Source of the DNA: the human T2T-CHM13v2.0 reference genome, Homo sapiens
Direction: 5' to 3' (one strand)
DNA length: 64,000 nt
Assembly: GCF_009914755.1 (NCBI RefSeq)
Contig: NC_060926.1
In this document: positions 23,285 to 41,452 of the stretch, in pieces
Numbering within the stretch: position 1 is the stretch's first letter
Layout of the letters: every line of letters starts with the position of its first letter
The notes under the pieces: generated by a model
What the model was told of the DNA's origin: nothing
Database searches by the model: none
Seen by the model: only the letters and a program-made list of their open reading frames with translations
Translations under genes and position numbers: made by a program

Positions 23285-23483
23285 CTGAGTAAGGTGAGAA
23301 GGTCAAGAGATGAGACAATGTTACTAGGATCTGACCATGAGTCAGCATGTCCCTCTGGAATTCCCCTTGTAGGAACTCACAGGCCCATGGCACTAATAAG
23401 ACAGAGGCATCCCCAGGAAATTAAGGAACCAACTCTGTGGTGCTGATTCCCCAGCAAAAGCGCTCCCTCCCTGCTCACACTAC

Positions 23484-23684
23484 CTCTGAGCCTGAGGGTG
23501 AGGCGGGCAGCTTGGCAGCTGGGGAGGCAGGTCGACTGCCCCGCTCAGGGACTTCAAAGGCCAAGTCTCTGCGGGCCACATCGCGGGGCTTCTTCTTCTT
23601 CTCAGCATCCTGATCCCGAGGTTCAGAGCCCATGTGACCCTCAGCACGAGTGAGCACTCCAGTCAGAAAGTCCACAATCTCATC
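23484..23684 (-). CDS. KANSL3: KANSL3 coding exon 12
   Basis: [10 protein letters not shown]...ASPSGSE; 201 nt; contains basic KKKKPR NLS-like motif. Confidence 0.95.
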
Positions 23685-24118
23685 CTAGTGTAGAGAGGAG
23701 CCAACCAAGGCCTTTTAGTCCTCATCTGGAGAATGGGAACCTCTCATATACTTTCCAACTAAAACAGATTCTCCCTCAGCTCTGGCATCCGCATGTGCCA
23801 GTCCTTCCCCACTCAAACAAGGTCTGGCGCAAATCCCAGGCTTCTGAGCAACTGTGGTTCAAGAAGACCAGCAAGTGCCTCTGTCAGGGGGAGCTCTGGG
23901 GTGGTCACATTCCACCACTTTTCCAACACTCTCCCCCGTGATGCTTTGCTTACATTAATTCACCACTCTCATTTTTCTTTTCTTTGCTTATGACTGAGAC
24001 CTACCAGAGGCCCCAGTGGAGGCCTTAGAGCCAAAGAGACCACTACCAATAAGACCAAACCTAAAAGGCTACAGAAAGGCAAGCCTAGCTGAGAAAAGCA
24101 CACAAAACAACTGTTTAC

Positions 24119-24182
24119 CTGAATACATCTGTCCACCATGCTCTGAGTCAACCCTTCTGATTTCTTCTTTGCTTTGCTTATT
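24119..24182 (-). CDS. KANSL3: KANSL3 coding exon 11
   Basis: ISKAKKKSEGLTQSMVDRCIQ; 64 nt. Confidence 0.95.
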
Positions 24183-24493
24183 CTAAGAAACAAAAAGGAT
24201 GACATGTTTACTTCTTACACATTGCACGGCATCCTATGAAAATAAGAACGTATTTCTTTTCTGGGTTGTTTATTTTCTAGCCCCAGAAGGAGGGCCATGT
24301 TAGCCTTAGGCAGGTAATGCAACCTCTCCGAACCTGTTTCCGTGTCTGCAAAATGGGGAATCATAACATCCCATTCATGGAGTTGTGGGGATTAAACAAA
24401 ATAACATATGTAAAGAAACCAAGCACAGTGCCCAGGACAGTCCGCTCCAGAATTCCTATACCTATAGCTTAATAGATCAACTCTATCCAGAAC

Positions 24494-25235
<742 letters not shown>

Positions 25236-25347
25236 TAATGCTGTCTTTTAACTGAACCAGACTGGTCTGTAGTTACATTGCCAGCTTCCAGGCTTATCTC
25301 TAACACTGTAACACAGCTCTCTTGCAGCTCTGGGAGAATCCACCCAC

Positions 25348-25505
25348 CTGAGATTGTCATCAGCTCCCCCAACCACCACCAAGCTGTTCTCAGCTCGAAT
25401 CTTCTCCCGGAAGTCCTCCATGGCTTCAGGGTGACATTGAAGGGAATTCTGACCAATGACAAAGAGGACTGGAGTCTTCATATCCAAGAGGGGATCATCT
25501 ACATC
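25348..25505 (-). CDS. KANSL3: KANSL3 coding exon 10
   Basis: [18 protein letters not shown]...GGADDNLR; 158 nt. Confidence 0.95.
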
Positions 25506-25685
25506 CTAAAACAGGTATAGGTTTTAGAATCGGCTTCTTCATATTCACAAAGCACTGACCCAGAAACTCCACTAAGGAGGATCAGCCATGCAACTGCAGT
25601 CAGCCTCAGCATCAGCTTGGACAAGGCATGCACACTCGCGCTCCCACTGCCAATGACCCAGCACTCAGCTTTACCACATTCTTAC

Positions 25686-25760
25686 CCCTCTGGGGCCATC
25701 CACAGTAAGCAGAGGAAACCCAAGGCAGACAACTGCAGTGACATACTCCATTACTGACAC
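25686..25760 (-). CDS. KANSL3: KANSL3 coding exon 9
   Basis: [25 protein letters not shown]; 75 nt. Confidence 0.95.
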
Positions 25761-26522
25761 CTGTAAATAACAGAACAGTTTGTCTAAACGTCAACTGAGT
25801 TCATGGCACCTCAGCCTACCCAGAATCCAGGAGTGGTCCAGACCCACCAGACAGTCTCACCTCTTCCTCTCCTGTCCTAATATCCGGGTGCATCTTCTGC
25901 CACAATGGCAGCAGTAAGAGCACAAGACACAAGGTATGTCATTCCATAAGCAGCCACTACCTAGAGAACTGGGGCCCTAAGAGGACCCCAGCAGGTGGCT
26001 GAACCATAGGATAGAAGGTTCAGTATTCCTACCCTGTCAACCCCCTCAACTAGAGCCCTCCTGCTCCATTTTTCTCCACAAATAGTAAATATAGTCAAGA
26101 GAACACAATGTTGCCATTAACCCTTAAGTGAAAAAAAATTCTCTCTATTGAACTTAATGGATAGCTACCAGACAGCCTAGATTTCTTGGAGCAAACTGCT
26201 AAGGCCTAACACCCTGGGAGCAGGGACTATGGGGACCTTCTTCCTCTCATAGCTATCACACTTGATTGGACTGCATGAAGCAAAATTAAGGGTTTGGACA
26301 TGAGGGACACTTACACAAACTGACAGACATACAAATATATGTAAAATACGAAAAGATTCCTTGATGTCTTGGAGAAAGACTGAAATGAACACAGCATCAA
26401 ATTCCAGAGCTATTAATATTTGCCAGCTACAATTACTGTTGTTTTTTAGGTGGGAGAACAGTATGGTACTTATGTTTAGAGAAAAAAAGGGATCTTTTTT
26501 TTTTTTCCACAGATATATACCC

Positions 26523-26525
<3 letters not shown>

Positions 26526-26576
<51 letters not shown>
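26526..26576. repeat. (TG)~25 microsatellite, (CA)n on the KANSL3 pre-mRNA
   Basis: Directly visible. Confidence 0.98.
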
Positions 26577-26581
<5 letters not shown>

Positions 26582-26919
26582 AAAATGCTATTATATTTGG
26601 GATTTTCTTCAAAACAATCTAGGGGAGAAAGAAAATGAGCAGGGTGAGATGAAACAAGCCCAGCCAAGAGTTGATCACTGGTAAAGCTGGGTGAGGATCC
26701 GGGGGTTTATTATACTACACCTGCTTTTGTTTCTGCTTAAAGTTTTCCAAAATAAATTAAAAATTGTTTTAATAAAATTTGTCTTCTACAGTTTAAAATG
26801 TAATTATATAGGTAAAGTATCTAGCGCAGAGCCTGACACACAGTAAAGGACTCAATGGTAGCTATGATTAGTGGTATTCCATCCCAGGACAACCTCCAAA
26901 TAAGATAGAAATTACTTAC

Positions 26920-26991
26920 ATGACAGGCCACCAAAGCTCCTGTGTTCCAGCCAATCAAGATAATGGGTTTGTGTGGGAAATGGCTGTGAAT
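26920..26991 (-). CDS. KANSL3: KANSL3 coding exon 8 (alpha/beta-hydrolase elbow GWNTG)
   Basis: IHSHFPHKPIILIGWNTGALVACH; 72 nt. Confidence 0.95.
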
Positions 26992-27099
26992 CTTCATGGG
27001 AAGAGAAAGAAGACAGTAAGACAGGAGGCCAAAGATAGGTGCAGAACAACCCCAGAATGCTGGGTATGCCACAATGTACTGAAATACGGGCATTCTCAC

Positions 27100-27201
27100 C
27101 TCCAGCACTTTGCTTCTCACTGCCCCAATCATATGCTCGAGACACTGTAGAACTCCTACCCCACTGCCATTGTTCAGCAGATGGGTGGCTACAGGGATGA
27201 C
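27100..27201 (-). CDS. KANSL3: KANSL3 coding exon 7
   Basis: VIPVATHLL...RSKVLE; 102 nt. Confidence 0.95.
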
Positions 27202-27292
27202 CTGAAGGAAAGAAGTAGCCCCCACACCAGCAGAGGTAAGTTTCAAATCTTTCAATTCTGTTTAACCTAACCTAAACCCAAAACCTTGGAAT

Positions 27293-27355
27293 TCCACATG
27301 AAAGAAGGATTAGAGGAGGCTCCACATGAAAGAAGGGTTAGAGGAGGCTCCACAT
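27293..27355. repeat. 28-bp tandem duplication (2.25 copies)
   Basis: tccacatgaaagaagg(a/g)ttagaggaggc x2 + tccacat. Confidence 0.95.
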
Positions 27356-27455
27356 TCAAGTTACCCATTTTGACCTCCTCCCACATATTCTTCTCCTCAA
27401 TCCTCCAAGACTATATTCCCTGCCAGGAAGGAGTTCCTCTTGCCCCCACACATAC

Positions 27456-27572
27456 CTTGCCCAAGCAGGACAGCTGAGATTGCCAGAAGCGGTGGCGGCG
27501 TGAAGTGGGAAACACAGAGCTGGAGGGACCAGAGGAGGCGATGAGAATCAGCGGAGAGCCAGGGAGTTTGCT
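27456..27572 (-). CDS. KANSL3: KANSL3 coding exon 6
   Basis: [11 protein letters not shown]...QLSCLGK; 117 nt; not in ORF track, read manually. Confidence 0.95.
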
Positions 27573-27735
27573 CTAAAGAGGAAGAATCCCACCCAAAAAC
27601 CAGTGAGTGAGAAGTGTCCTTTCATGAAATTCCAAGTATCCCAATACCTTTCTCATCCCAACCAATGCTCCTTTGCTTGTGAAATTATGTTAAGCACTAT
27701 GTAAAATAAATTATTAATAATAGTTAAAGAAGCTG

Positions 27736-29832
<2,097 letters not shown>

Positions 29833-32226
29833 TTAATAATGATCTCTATGGAGTTTATGGGTGACTTTTTCCTTTACAGATTTCTATGTTCCCTAAATTT
29901 CCTCAATGAGTATCAGTTGATTTTATAATATTTTTAAATCTCCATTTTCTTCTAGAGTACTGCCTTCAAGCTGTGGTGTACTAAATAAATCTGTTATTAT
30001 GTACAAAAATATATATCCTGCTATACTATATACAGTGTACTTTATCTCATGTCTGTTTTTTACTATCTACCAGAAATGTGACATTACAGATGTGCAAATA
30101 TAGGTTTCAGACATGTTGATGCTTACACTGAGAAGAAATATCTGCGAATTCCATGCTACCCACAAAAGGTCAAAATGACCTAGGGGAAAGGAAAAATGTT
30201 TAAATATTAGAGGCAGTTTTCAGAGAAAGAAAAAGGTTTTGAAAAATTGGAGAATAAAAAGTACTACGGTTTGATGCAAGTTGTAAAACTCCAAAAATAG
30301 CAGAAGATAAGTTGCTCTTAATTTAAAAACAGGGACACTAAAAGGATTTCTGTATGAGAAATTAGAGAATTATAACCATTAGACTTTCTCAGTTTAACTC
30401 AGGAAAGAAATATTCGTGCAACTGCTTTTACAAGGTACCAGGCTAGTACTGCAGAGGAATTTAATCTACAAGAGGTAAGGAAGACAAACACACAAATAAT
30501 GGTGGGGGACAGGAATAGGGAAAGACCGATAACTGCCATGAAAGAAACAGAAGCCCAAACTGCTATGATTCAAACCACCCAATGGAGAAGAAGTTAAGAG
30601 GCAATTTTCATCTAAAGATACAGCATGTGAAATGAGACAGGCTCTTTGGAACAGGCAGGATTCCAACAGAAGATGAGAGAAAAGCCTTCCCATCAGAGAC
30701 ACCAGCAAGAGGCAAGAATGTGTAGAGCTTATTCCAGGCACAGATGGACAAAAGTCAAGGATGCAAGTAAGGAAGGAGGAGGATGTAAAAAGCCAGTAGG
30801 AAGGATAGGACCAAACCGCAAAGGATAAGACCAAACTGCAAAGGATCTTCATGTTCTTTGTAACTCACTCTAGAACTGTGAGCCACTCAACACTTTGAGG
30901 CAAAGGATGTGACCCTGGGTTAAGCTTTATCTAACAGTAGTATATAGCTTTGAAACCAAAAAGCCTTGACACTTGCTTCCTGTCAACAAGGGATAAAAAA
31001 TCAATACTGACTTTTCCACTTGGAGCTGGGAAGACCAAGCTTCCCTGGCCCTTCCAGCATTGCATTCACTCTCAACAGCCAATTAAAAGGCTAAGGTCTA
31101 TACCTTCTCTGCCCTCTTTATCATAATGGATCTAATAGTGAAAGTAGCTGGGTGAAGAGCATGATCCCATCCACCTGCGCTTTCACATCCAGCAGGCACT
31201 TTAAAAGTAAAACAATCCTATAATCATTTATATCCTTTGGGAAACAACCAAAGTATTTGTTGTGAATCTAAATATAGTCATGGGAAAATAAGAGTCCGAT
31301 GGCAGAGGAACCACTGCGGAGAGCACAGCCCAGAGAGGATGTTGCCTTGAGTCTGAGGCCCTTGCTGACTGGTGTACCAGCGAGCCTTCCACTATTCCAG
31401 TCAACCCACACCGTGGCCCAGCAGCATGGGAGGAAAACACCCAACTATGCATGCTATGGAGTCCCCCCAGTGGTCTGCCATGCTCATAATATCCGACATG
31501 CACCCAGGAGATGTCCAGTCAGTAACTTAAATAGGGCAGCAGTACAAATTCCTCCTTAAAGGGAAATTATGCTAGCCACAGTGAGTGAAGCAGGGTCACC
31601 AGAGAACTGAGACCCTGGCCACTACCAACACTCATCTCCTACAGTGTATTCACCAATGTTACACTTTTACCGTAGGTAGAATGCTGAGGAGAACATATGT
31701 GAAGATGCCTACGATACTTCTGGGCCACCACTCTCTGTCTGCCAGGATCCAGTCTGGGCCCCACACTCTACCTGCCCACCACTCACCTCCCGGGTCCAGG
31801 GTTTCTACTACAGGGGAGCAGTACAGGGGAAAGTCTGGGACTCCCTTTTCATTTGTCTCTTTCTTCACTAGAAAATACACTCCACCAGAGAAGGGACCAG
31901 TTTTGTTTTGCTCACCCCAGTACCTGACACACGTAGGGCCCAAAATAAGTATTAGTTAAACAAAAAAACTAGTGTCAAATTTCCTACCATGAATATCATT
32001 AATGTATCTAGTCCTGAGTTTTATTTCAGCACTAAACCAGTCTTCTAACAAACTTGGCACCCTTTAACTTAAAAACACATAAGAAACAATGAGTCTGCAA
32101 GTTTTGGGGATGTGGCTGAGGGAACGTGTTGGCCAGGCAACTTACAGCAGCAAGATGAGCCAGCTTCCTGTGAAGCAGAAAGTAAAACTATTAAAAAAAA
32201 AAAAAAAAGTGTCAAAAACTGAATCA

Positions 32227-33124
32227 TGCTTATGCCTGTAATCCCAGCAATTTGGGAGGACAAGATGGGAGGACTGCTTGAGGCCAGGAATTCAAGACGA
32301 GCCTATAGCAAGACCGTCTCTACAAAAAAATTAAAAATTTAGCTGGGTGTGGCAGGGCACGGCAGCTCACGCCTGTAATCCCAGCACTTTGGGAGGCCGA
32401 GGCGGGCGGATCACGAGGTCAGGAGATCGAGACATGGTGAAACCCTATCTCTACTAAAAATACAAAAAAAATTAGCTGGGCGGGGTGGCACACGCCTGTA
32501 GTCTCAGCTACTCAGGAGGCTGAGGCAGAATTGCTTCAACCCAGGAGGCAGAAGTTGCAGTGAGCCGAGATCGTGCCACTGCATTCCAGCCTGGGCGACA
32601 GAGTGAGACTTTGTCTCAAAAAAAAAAAAAAAAAAAATTTCTTTGCTGGGTGTGGTGGTAGCACACACCTCTAGTCCCAGTACTTGGGAGGCTGAGGCAG
32701 ACGGATTGCTTGAGCCCAGGAGTTCGAAGTTATAGCAAGCAATGATAGTGCCACTGCACTCCAGCCTGAGTGAGAGAGGAAGATCCTGTCTCCAAAGAAA
32801 AAAAAAAAAGGCCTCAGACAACTTGGATTGATTTGGTTCTTTCTCTTCTCTCTCTCTCTCTTTCTTAGAGACAGGGACTCCCTCTGTCACCCAGGCTGGA
32901 GTGCAGTGGTGGGACTGAACTCACTACAGCCTCCTCCCACCAGCCTCCTAACTAGCTGGGACTACAGACGTGTGCCACCATGCCTGGCTAATTATTTTAT
33001 TTTTAGTAGAGACAAGGTCTTGCTATGTTGCTCAGGCTGGTCTCAAACTCCTGAGCTAAAGCGATCCTCCTGCCTCAGCCTCCCGAAGTGCTAGGATAAT
33101 AGGCATGAGCTACTATGCCCGGCC
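32227..33124. mobile_element. Nested Alu cluster (+) followed by an antisense Alu (32865-33124)
   Basis: Alu consensus; one Alu inserted into another. Confidence 0.9.
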
Positions 33125-33993
33125 GTGAGGCCATTTTGTATTGGAGCAAAACACCCCAAATATTTCAAGAACCTATGAGGGTACTACTTAAATAACTGTT
33201 AATATTAGTAATAATAATTACTGTGGGCTCACTGCTTACTATGTGCCCAATTTTGTGTTAAGCCCCCTACCTGAATTAACTAATTTAATTTTCATAAAAA
33301 TCCTAGATAGCTATTATTATCAGCCACATTTTAGAGATGAGACACCAGTCCAAGCTTACACAGCTAATCAGTAACAAAGCTGAGATCAGCCAGGCAATCT
33401 GCCTCCAGCATCCGCATTCTACCACATTGACGATAGCCTGATGCAATCACTGGAATCACCAAGAAAAACAGTTTAACTTTGTGCAATACTAAGTAAGAAA
33501 GCAGGGAACTATAATGATATGTTTGTACTGAATTATAAAAGTCTAAGTGTTGCTACTAAAGGCTCATGCCCTGGGGAGCAGAATTGAAGGCATCACGGCA
33601 CGTTCCTGCTCTGCAATCTCCCAGTGCTCCGAGCACCAAGGGTCTGCTTCTGTCACCTTTCTCAACAAACTCTTCCCTGGTAAACCCTTCGTCTCCTTCA
33701 TGATAATTCAATTCAGCCATGACTCAAACCACAAGCTGCAAGGCTAGGAAGGCTAAATGTATACTCTGGTTTTCAGGCCCCATACCTCATCCTGGAGCCA
33801 GCAGGGCTGAAAACATTTACACCAGACACAAATGTGAAATGATACCCTGTCTCCCAATTTTAGTACCAAACCCATTAGTTTTGGCCATGCACTCCAGACC
33901 GACCAGATAATTACTTTGCCTAACCCCACATCCTGAACCCACAGGGGAGGATGGCTATCCCTAGGACAGGGCAGACCCCAATCACAGCCTTAC

Positions 33994-34179
33994 CTTCCCC
34001 TTCAGCGTCTGCAAAGCATCCAGGTAGGCTGCCAGCATGGGCAGACTCAAGGTCTCCACAAGGGTGGTGTGCAGCCACTGGATCAGCTTGGTATCCCAGC
34101 TCACACTTGCCAGAGCCTGCCGCACTCTCCTTGCACACTTGTCCACAGCAACACGGCGCAGCACTGGCTCATTACAAGC
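33994..34179 (-). CDS. KANSL3: KANSL3 coding exon 4
   Basis: ACNEPVLRR...LQTLKGK; 186 nt; GTAAGG donor. Confidence 0.96.
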
Positions 34180-34306
34180 CTGAAGGATGTAAGTGGAAGT
34201 AATAAAACATGAGGACTACCTGGTTAACAAGCAGGGGGACAAGTCAGTCAGCCAGTGAGGCCTGAACTACGAAGAGCCCACTGTGGGCGGATTGCTGGTG
34301 TCTTAC

Positions 34307-34397
34307 CCCTTCGTTGGCCAAGCGGGCAAGCCGGTCAGACTGCAGGGCTTTGAGGATCTTGTTGAATAGCTTGTTCTGGGCCATTGTCCAGCCAGTC
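34307..34397 (-). CDS. KANSL3: KANSL3 coding exon 3
   Basis: [11 protein letters not shown]...ARLANEG; 91 nt; GTAAGA donor. Confidence 0.96.
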
Positions 34398-35339
34398 CTA
34401 TAAGGGAAACTCTGAGGAATTATAGTCAAACCCTGGGGACGCTCCCCATGTATGTACACCATATAAAGAAGATTATGCCATAGTTTTATGTCTCTGCTAG
34501 GGAACAGTAAAACGAAGTAGCTTAGTCTAAGACCACTGACCTAAAACACAAGACCTAGATTCTTCTGGTCTCAATCCTACCAAATCAAATCGTCACAGCA
34601 CACACTTGTATTAATAATACACACATACACACAATAATATACACAGTACAAGTCAAGACTAGTCATGAAAAAAGTCTTTCAGGCTAGCAAAGCTAATTAC
34701 TTACTTAGTAGCTAAAATTATTCCAATCATAAATAAACGCACAGCACCATTGAACAGACGACATATTTGAATTTCATAAGTTTTATATTTCACACAAAAA
34801 GGCAGACAGGATCAGCAAGCATTTTAATGTACTAAAATCTCAGACTGAGGTAAGAATTCTATTTAAACTAGGCTTAAGAACAAAAATATAGCAGAAATAT
34901 AACCAATAAAGAGGCTATTCTTCCACTCCTCAATATTCTACCCCACACTAATCTCTCTTTTCCATATATATTTTTTGTATTTTTTCTATATGCCACACAA
35001 TTAGCAAATTTATTTTTGAGAGGCCTGCTCCATATAAGCTAATATGTTATCATCCCAGCATACGGCACTGGTATTCACACATCTACCTTATTGCTTATTG
35101 CTTACCTATTACTTACTGAGGCTTTGTGTGTTGCAGACATCTATCCTACTGTTCTTATCTCCACCTCATCACACCCAGTTTAGTGATATGGAGCTTATTA
35201 TTGTCCCCCTTCACCCCACTCCCAGCAATCTTAATTACTCAGATGCTCTAACTCTGGCTAGTGACCTTCCTAAAGATACCAAAAGAAAGGCAATTGAAGA
35301 TGCTCTATTAATATGTGTTTTCCTATTCTCCCTGCCTTA

Positions 35340-37058
<1,719 letters not shown>

Positions 37059-37239
37059 GAACCAACAAATGCAAATTAATAAAGTATTATTTTTCACCTA
37101 TCAAATGGGTAAAAATTAAGAATTTAATAATTCTCTGTTGTTGTGAGGGTACAAAAGAACTCTCTCTGTATTCTGTTGATGGAAATATAAATTAGTACAA
37201 CCTTTTGGAAAAGCCAATTTGGAAAAATTAATTGAAAAA

Positions 37240-37812
37240 CCTAAGTCAGATCATGTCACTCCTTTGCTCAAAGTCCTTCAGTGGCCCCAGTTCAATCAGC
37301 TAAAAGCCAAAGTCCTTGCAATGGGCTGCATGGACTCCATGTCTTTCAGATCTTATCATCCATGACTGATCCTCACTTACTTCAGTCACGCCGCCTTCCC
37401 TCACAGCACCCTCTACTCCCCTGCCCTTGCACACACAACAGGCATGCTCCTGCATCACAGACCAGGGCCCTGCCCTTCATTACGCCAACCTGAAACAATG
37501 GCTCCCTCTCTCATCTCCTTCAGGTTGTTGCTCAAATGTCACCTTCTGCTGAGGCTTGCTCTGACCTATCCCTATTTAACACTGTAACCCTCCAGTCTTA
37601 CCCTAGGATTCACTAAACTGCTTTCCAGCCATACCACTACCTCATATTCTATCCATGCTATTTATTTGTTTAGTTTGTTTCTCTCTGCCAGGGTGTAAAA
37701 GGCCAAGATGGCCAGGACTTTTGCTAGTTTTAAGTGCTATATCCCCAGCACATAAAACAGAGCCTCACAAATACTGGGGAATTAAACATCTGCTGAATAA
37801 ATAAATGGATGA
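37240..37812 (+). mobile_element. L2 LINE 3' portion
   Basis: tcagatcatgtcactcctttgctcaaa...ctcaaatgtcaccttc...tgctgaataaataaatggatgaat L2 tail. Confidence 0.75.
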
Positions 37813-39159
37813 ATTGTGTGCACACTGCATTCTAAGTTCTGTAAACAGCCAGGTCCCTATCCAAACCCTCAGACTCCATACCATATTAATGCGGAGGAGC
37901 AAAGAGGAACACAGGCACATGATTTATGTCTTTCGCCATACCAAGACAGTCAAACTGCAAGAATGCTGCTTGAAACATCAACAATCTCAATTTCTCTGGC
38001 TTCGTAAGAGACCAGCATCCTTTCCATCATATCCCACCCCACAAGATACTCTAATTTCTACAGGTCATTGTTCTAGGAACACCAACAGTATGGCCCAGTG
38101 AGTATGCAGATGGAGGACAAATTACCCTTTGTTATTCACTTTGTACAACTATCTAAATGTCCCTGGATAGAGCAAATACCCTCTAGAAAGGAGGAAAACA
38201 ATGGTCCAACTCCTTTTCCTTCTGTAAAATAAAATCTCCACCTACCACATCTCCAGTTTTACAACTTAACCACAGTTACAGGATCCAGGAGAACCCTACC
38301 TAGGGACAAGGGTTCTATCCCACCCTCTAATAAAGAGCTATGTGCCCTGAGTCTTCTTGTCCATAAAATAGATACAGCTAGATTACCTCTAAGTTCCTTC
38401 TAACAATAAAAAAAAATTCAGGTTAGCTATGATTACTGACAGCAGCAAAAGTTGAGAGCAGTCGAAATCCGAGATTAGAGAAACAAAATGGGATGACTGT
38501 CTTCTTCAGAAGCGCCCTCCATCTTCAGAAGCTTTCCTTGCTAGAGCTAAATCCCCTCTTAACTGCCAAAGCCACCCATCCTTTTGTAACCCCCTTTTGG
38601 GGGTACTAGAAGCAGTCTGAGGTTTCTTGGAATTGTCCTGTTTCTTATTCCTCCCTAGTTATCTTGGCTTAATCTCTGCTACTTCATCAGGATCCAGTTT
38701 TTGTGGTTTGATATTCAGAGATTCTGGACTTCAAAGCTGAAGGGATGAAAGCCTCAACTCAATGTTGGGACTCAGGATGCCTTGGAACTGGGAAGGTTTG
38801 TTGAGACCGGAAGCTCCAGCCCCACTGGTTCATTATCCTGTTTTCTGTCCATTACTTAGATGCACAGCAGACTCACAAGAGTAGTAGCTCTCTTATGTAC
38901 AGTGATTCTCAGGTGGGCTTGAGAATTTGATGGTGGTAGGAGGAGACAGAGGATGCTTACAAGTCATTTGAAAAAGCTCTCTGGAAACATGGATATATCT
39001 CCATGTTAATACACCTCTTTGTTTTCAAAGGCTAAGTAAGTTCTACCTTATTTGTGGACATTTAGGTTGTGCATTTTTTATTGCAATTTATAAGCCACTG
39101 CAGTGACCACCCCTCCCTTCCTCAAATATATACATACATATCTATCTATATTTTATTAT

Positions 39160-39975
<816 letters not shown>

Positions 39976-41452
39976 TTATAATCAACCAGGTTAAGCAACG
40001 AATACAATTTTTCATGTTCAACAATCTCTGGAGCTTTCTCAAAGCCTATTGATCACGTTGCAAACTTTAATTCCAACAACAGAGAATAAGGTATAATTTA
40101 TTTATGAAATATCAACAGCATTTCCAAAATTATCCTGTTTTTATTACATAATGATGCTTTCCCTATTTGTTTTTCTTACTCTGTATTAATTCTGCAATCC
40201 AAAATTATGGGAGTAAGGAAAATGATGTGAATGCAAGATGCAGAGGGTTAGAAAGCTATTTAGAAATTATTACCATACACCAATGACAGCTGAAATTAAA
40301 TTTTAAAACCACAACGTTGAGAGTCCAAAATCCCAGAAAAAGTTCTTAGGATTGCTGCTGGATATATAACAAAGTGACTCCAAGAATTGAAACATGATCT
40401 CTATATTTTGTCAGCTTCGTGGGAGGCTAGAAAATTAAGTGGGCAGAAAAAAAATGATCTAAACCAAGATTAAGATAAAGAGCATGCAAGAGATATAATT
40501 AGCAAAAATTTTAAAAACAGGAGACAGAATTTTAAATACAAGCCTAAACAGTCAAATAGCTGATGGGAACTGTGGTGAGCCAACTGGCACTCCCCACCCC
40601 GTGCCCCACCCGCCTATTCAATTTTCATGAGGGCAAAAATGTCTTTTCTTCCTTTCTTAGATGAGATCAGAAAATCTTTTGTTCTCCCTGCTCTGACTGA
40701 ACCTGAATGATATGCTGACCTCTGGCTCATTCTATTCAAAGCAGCCAAAATATAACATTGGTCCTGAAAATATCTGGTATTTTCAAAGGTAATCATTATT
40801 TTGGATACTGTTTCAAAGAAGACTAATTAATTCAACATTAAAATATCTAAAGGATTTTTTTTTAACCAGAAGTCAAACAAGGAGACACAAAGTACATCAG
40901 ATAAACTCAACAGTCATACTTTCCTTTTTCAGATTATAAAATTCTTTGTCTAAACACTAGAAGAAGGGAAGGAATGAAGGAAGGGGAAATAAAGAGGGTG
41001 GGGGAGGGGAAGGAGGGACGATAACTCAAAGACCTTGGACTTAAAATTTCAAACATCCAACCTAAGATTTATACAGATACATACAATATTGAATATAAAA
41101 CTAAAGAAGGCTCAGAAAAGGAAAATGGGGTGTTTTTGGCTGGAATTCAGAAGTTCTGATTTCTAAGATAAGAAAGCCTGCTTTTGGATACTACTACATT
41201 CTTTCACTAAAATGTTGGAAATGTCCTAAAATCCATTTGAGCAATTCTGAGAAGTATCATGTGTCAGGAAAATTTTATTAAATATCTTTCAAAAGCTATG
41301 CAACTAATGAAACTTCACATTTGACAAACATCTGGAGGGAAAAAAAAGCTGGCCCAACATCTTCAGGACTACATCACTATGCCAGCAAATAGAAATCATT
41401 TTCAAAGGTCCTCTAAGTCACATGCCATGGCACGCAGACACAAGAACATGAC

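Noticed and set aside
27293-27355. 28-bp direct repeats as a CRISPR-like array
   Set aside because: Eukaryotic intron with adjacent copies and no spacers; a simple tandem duplication.
38461-38840. Minus-strand reading SPESLNIKPQKLDPDEVAEIKPR*LGRNKKQ... as a lost KANSL3 exon
   Set aside because: It has several stops and no convincing minus-strand splice sites; the plus strand has splice signals and LRR-like peptides.
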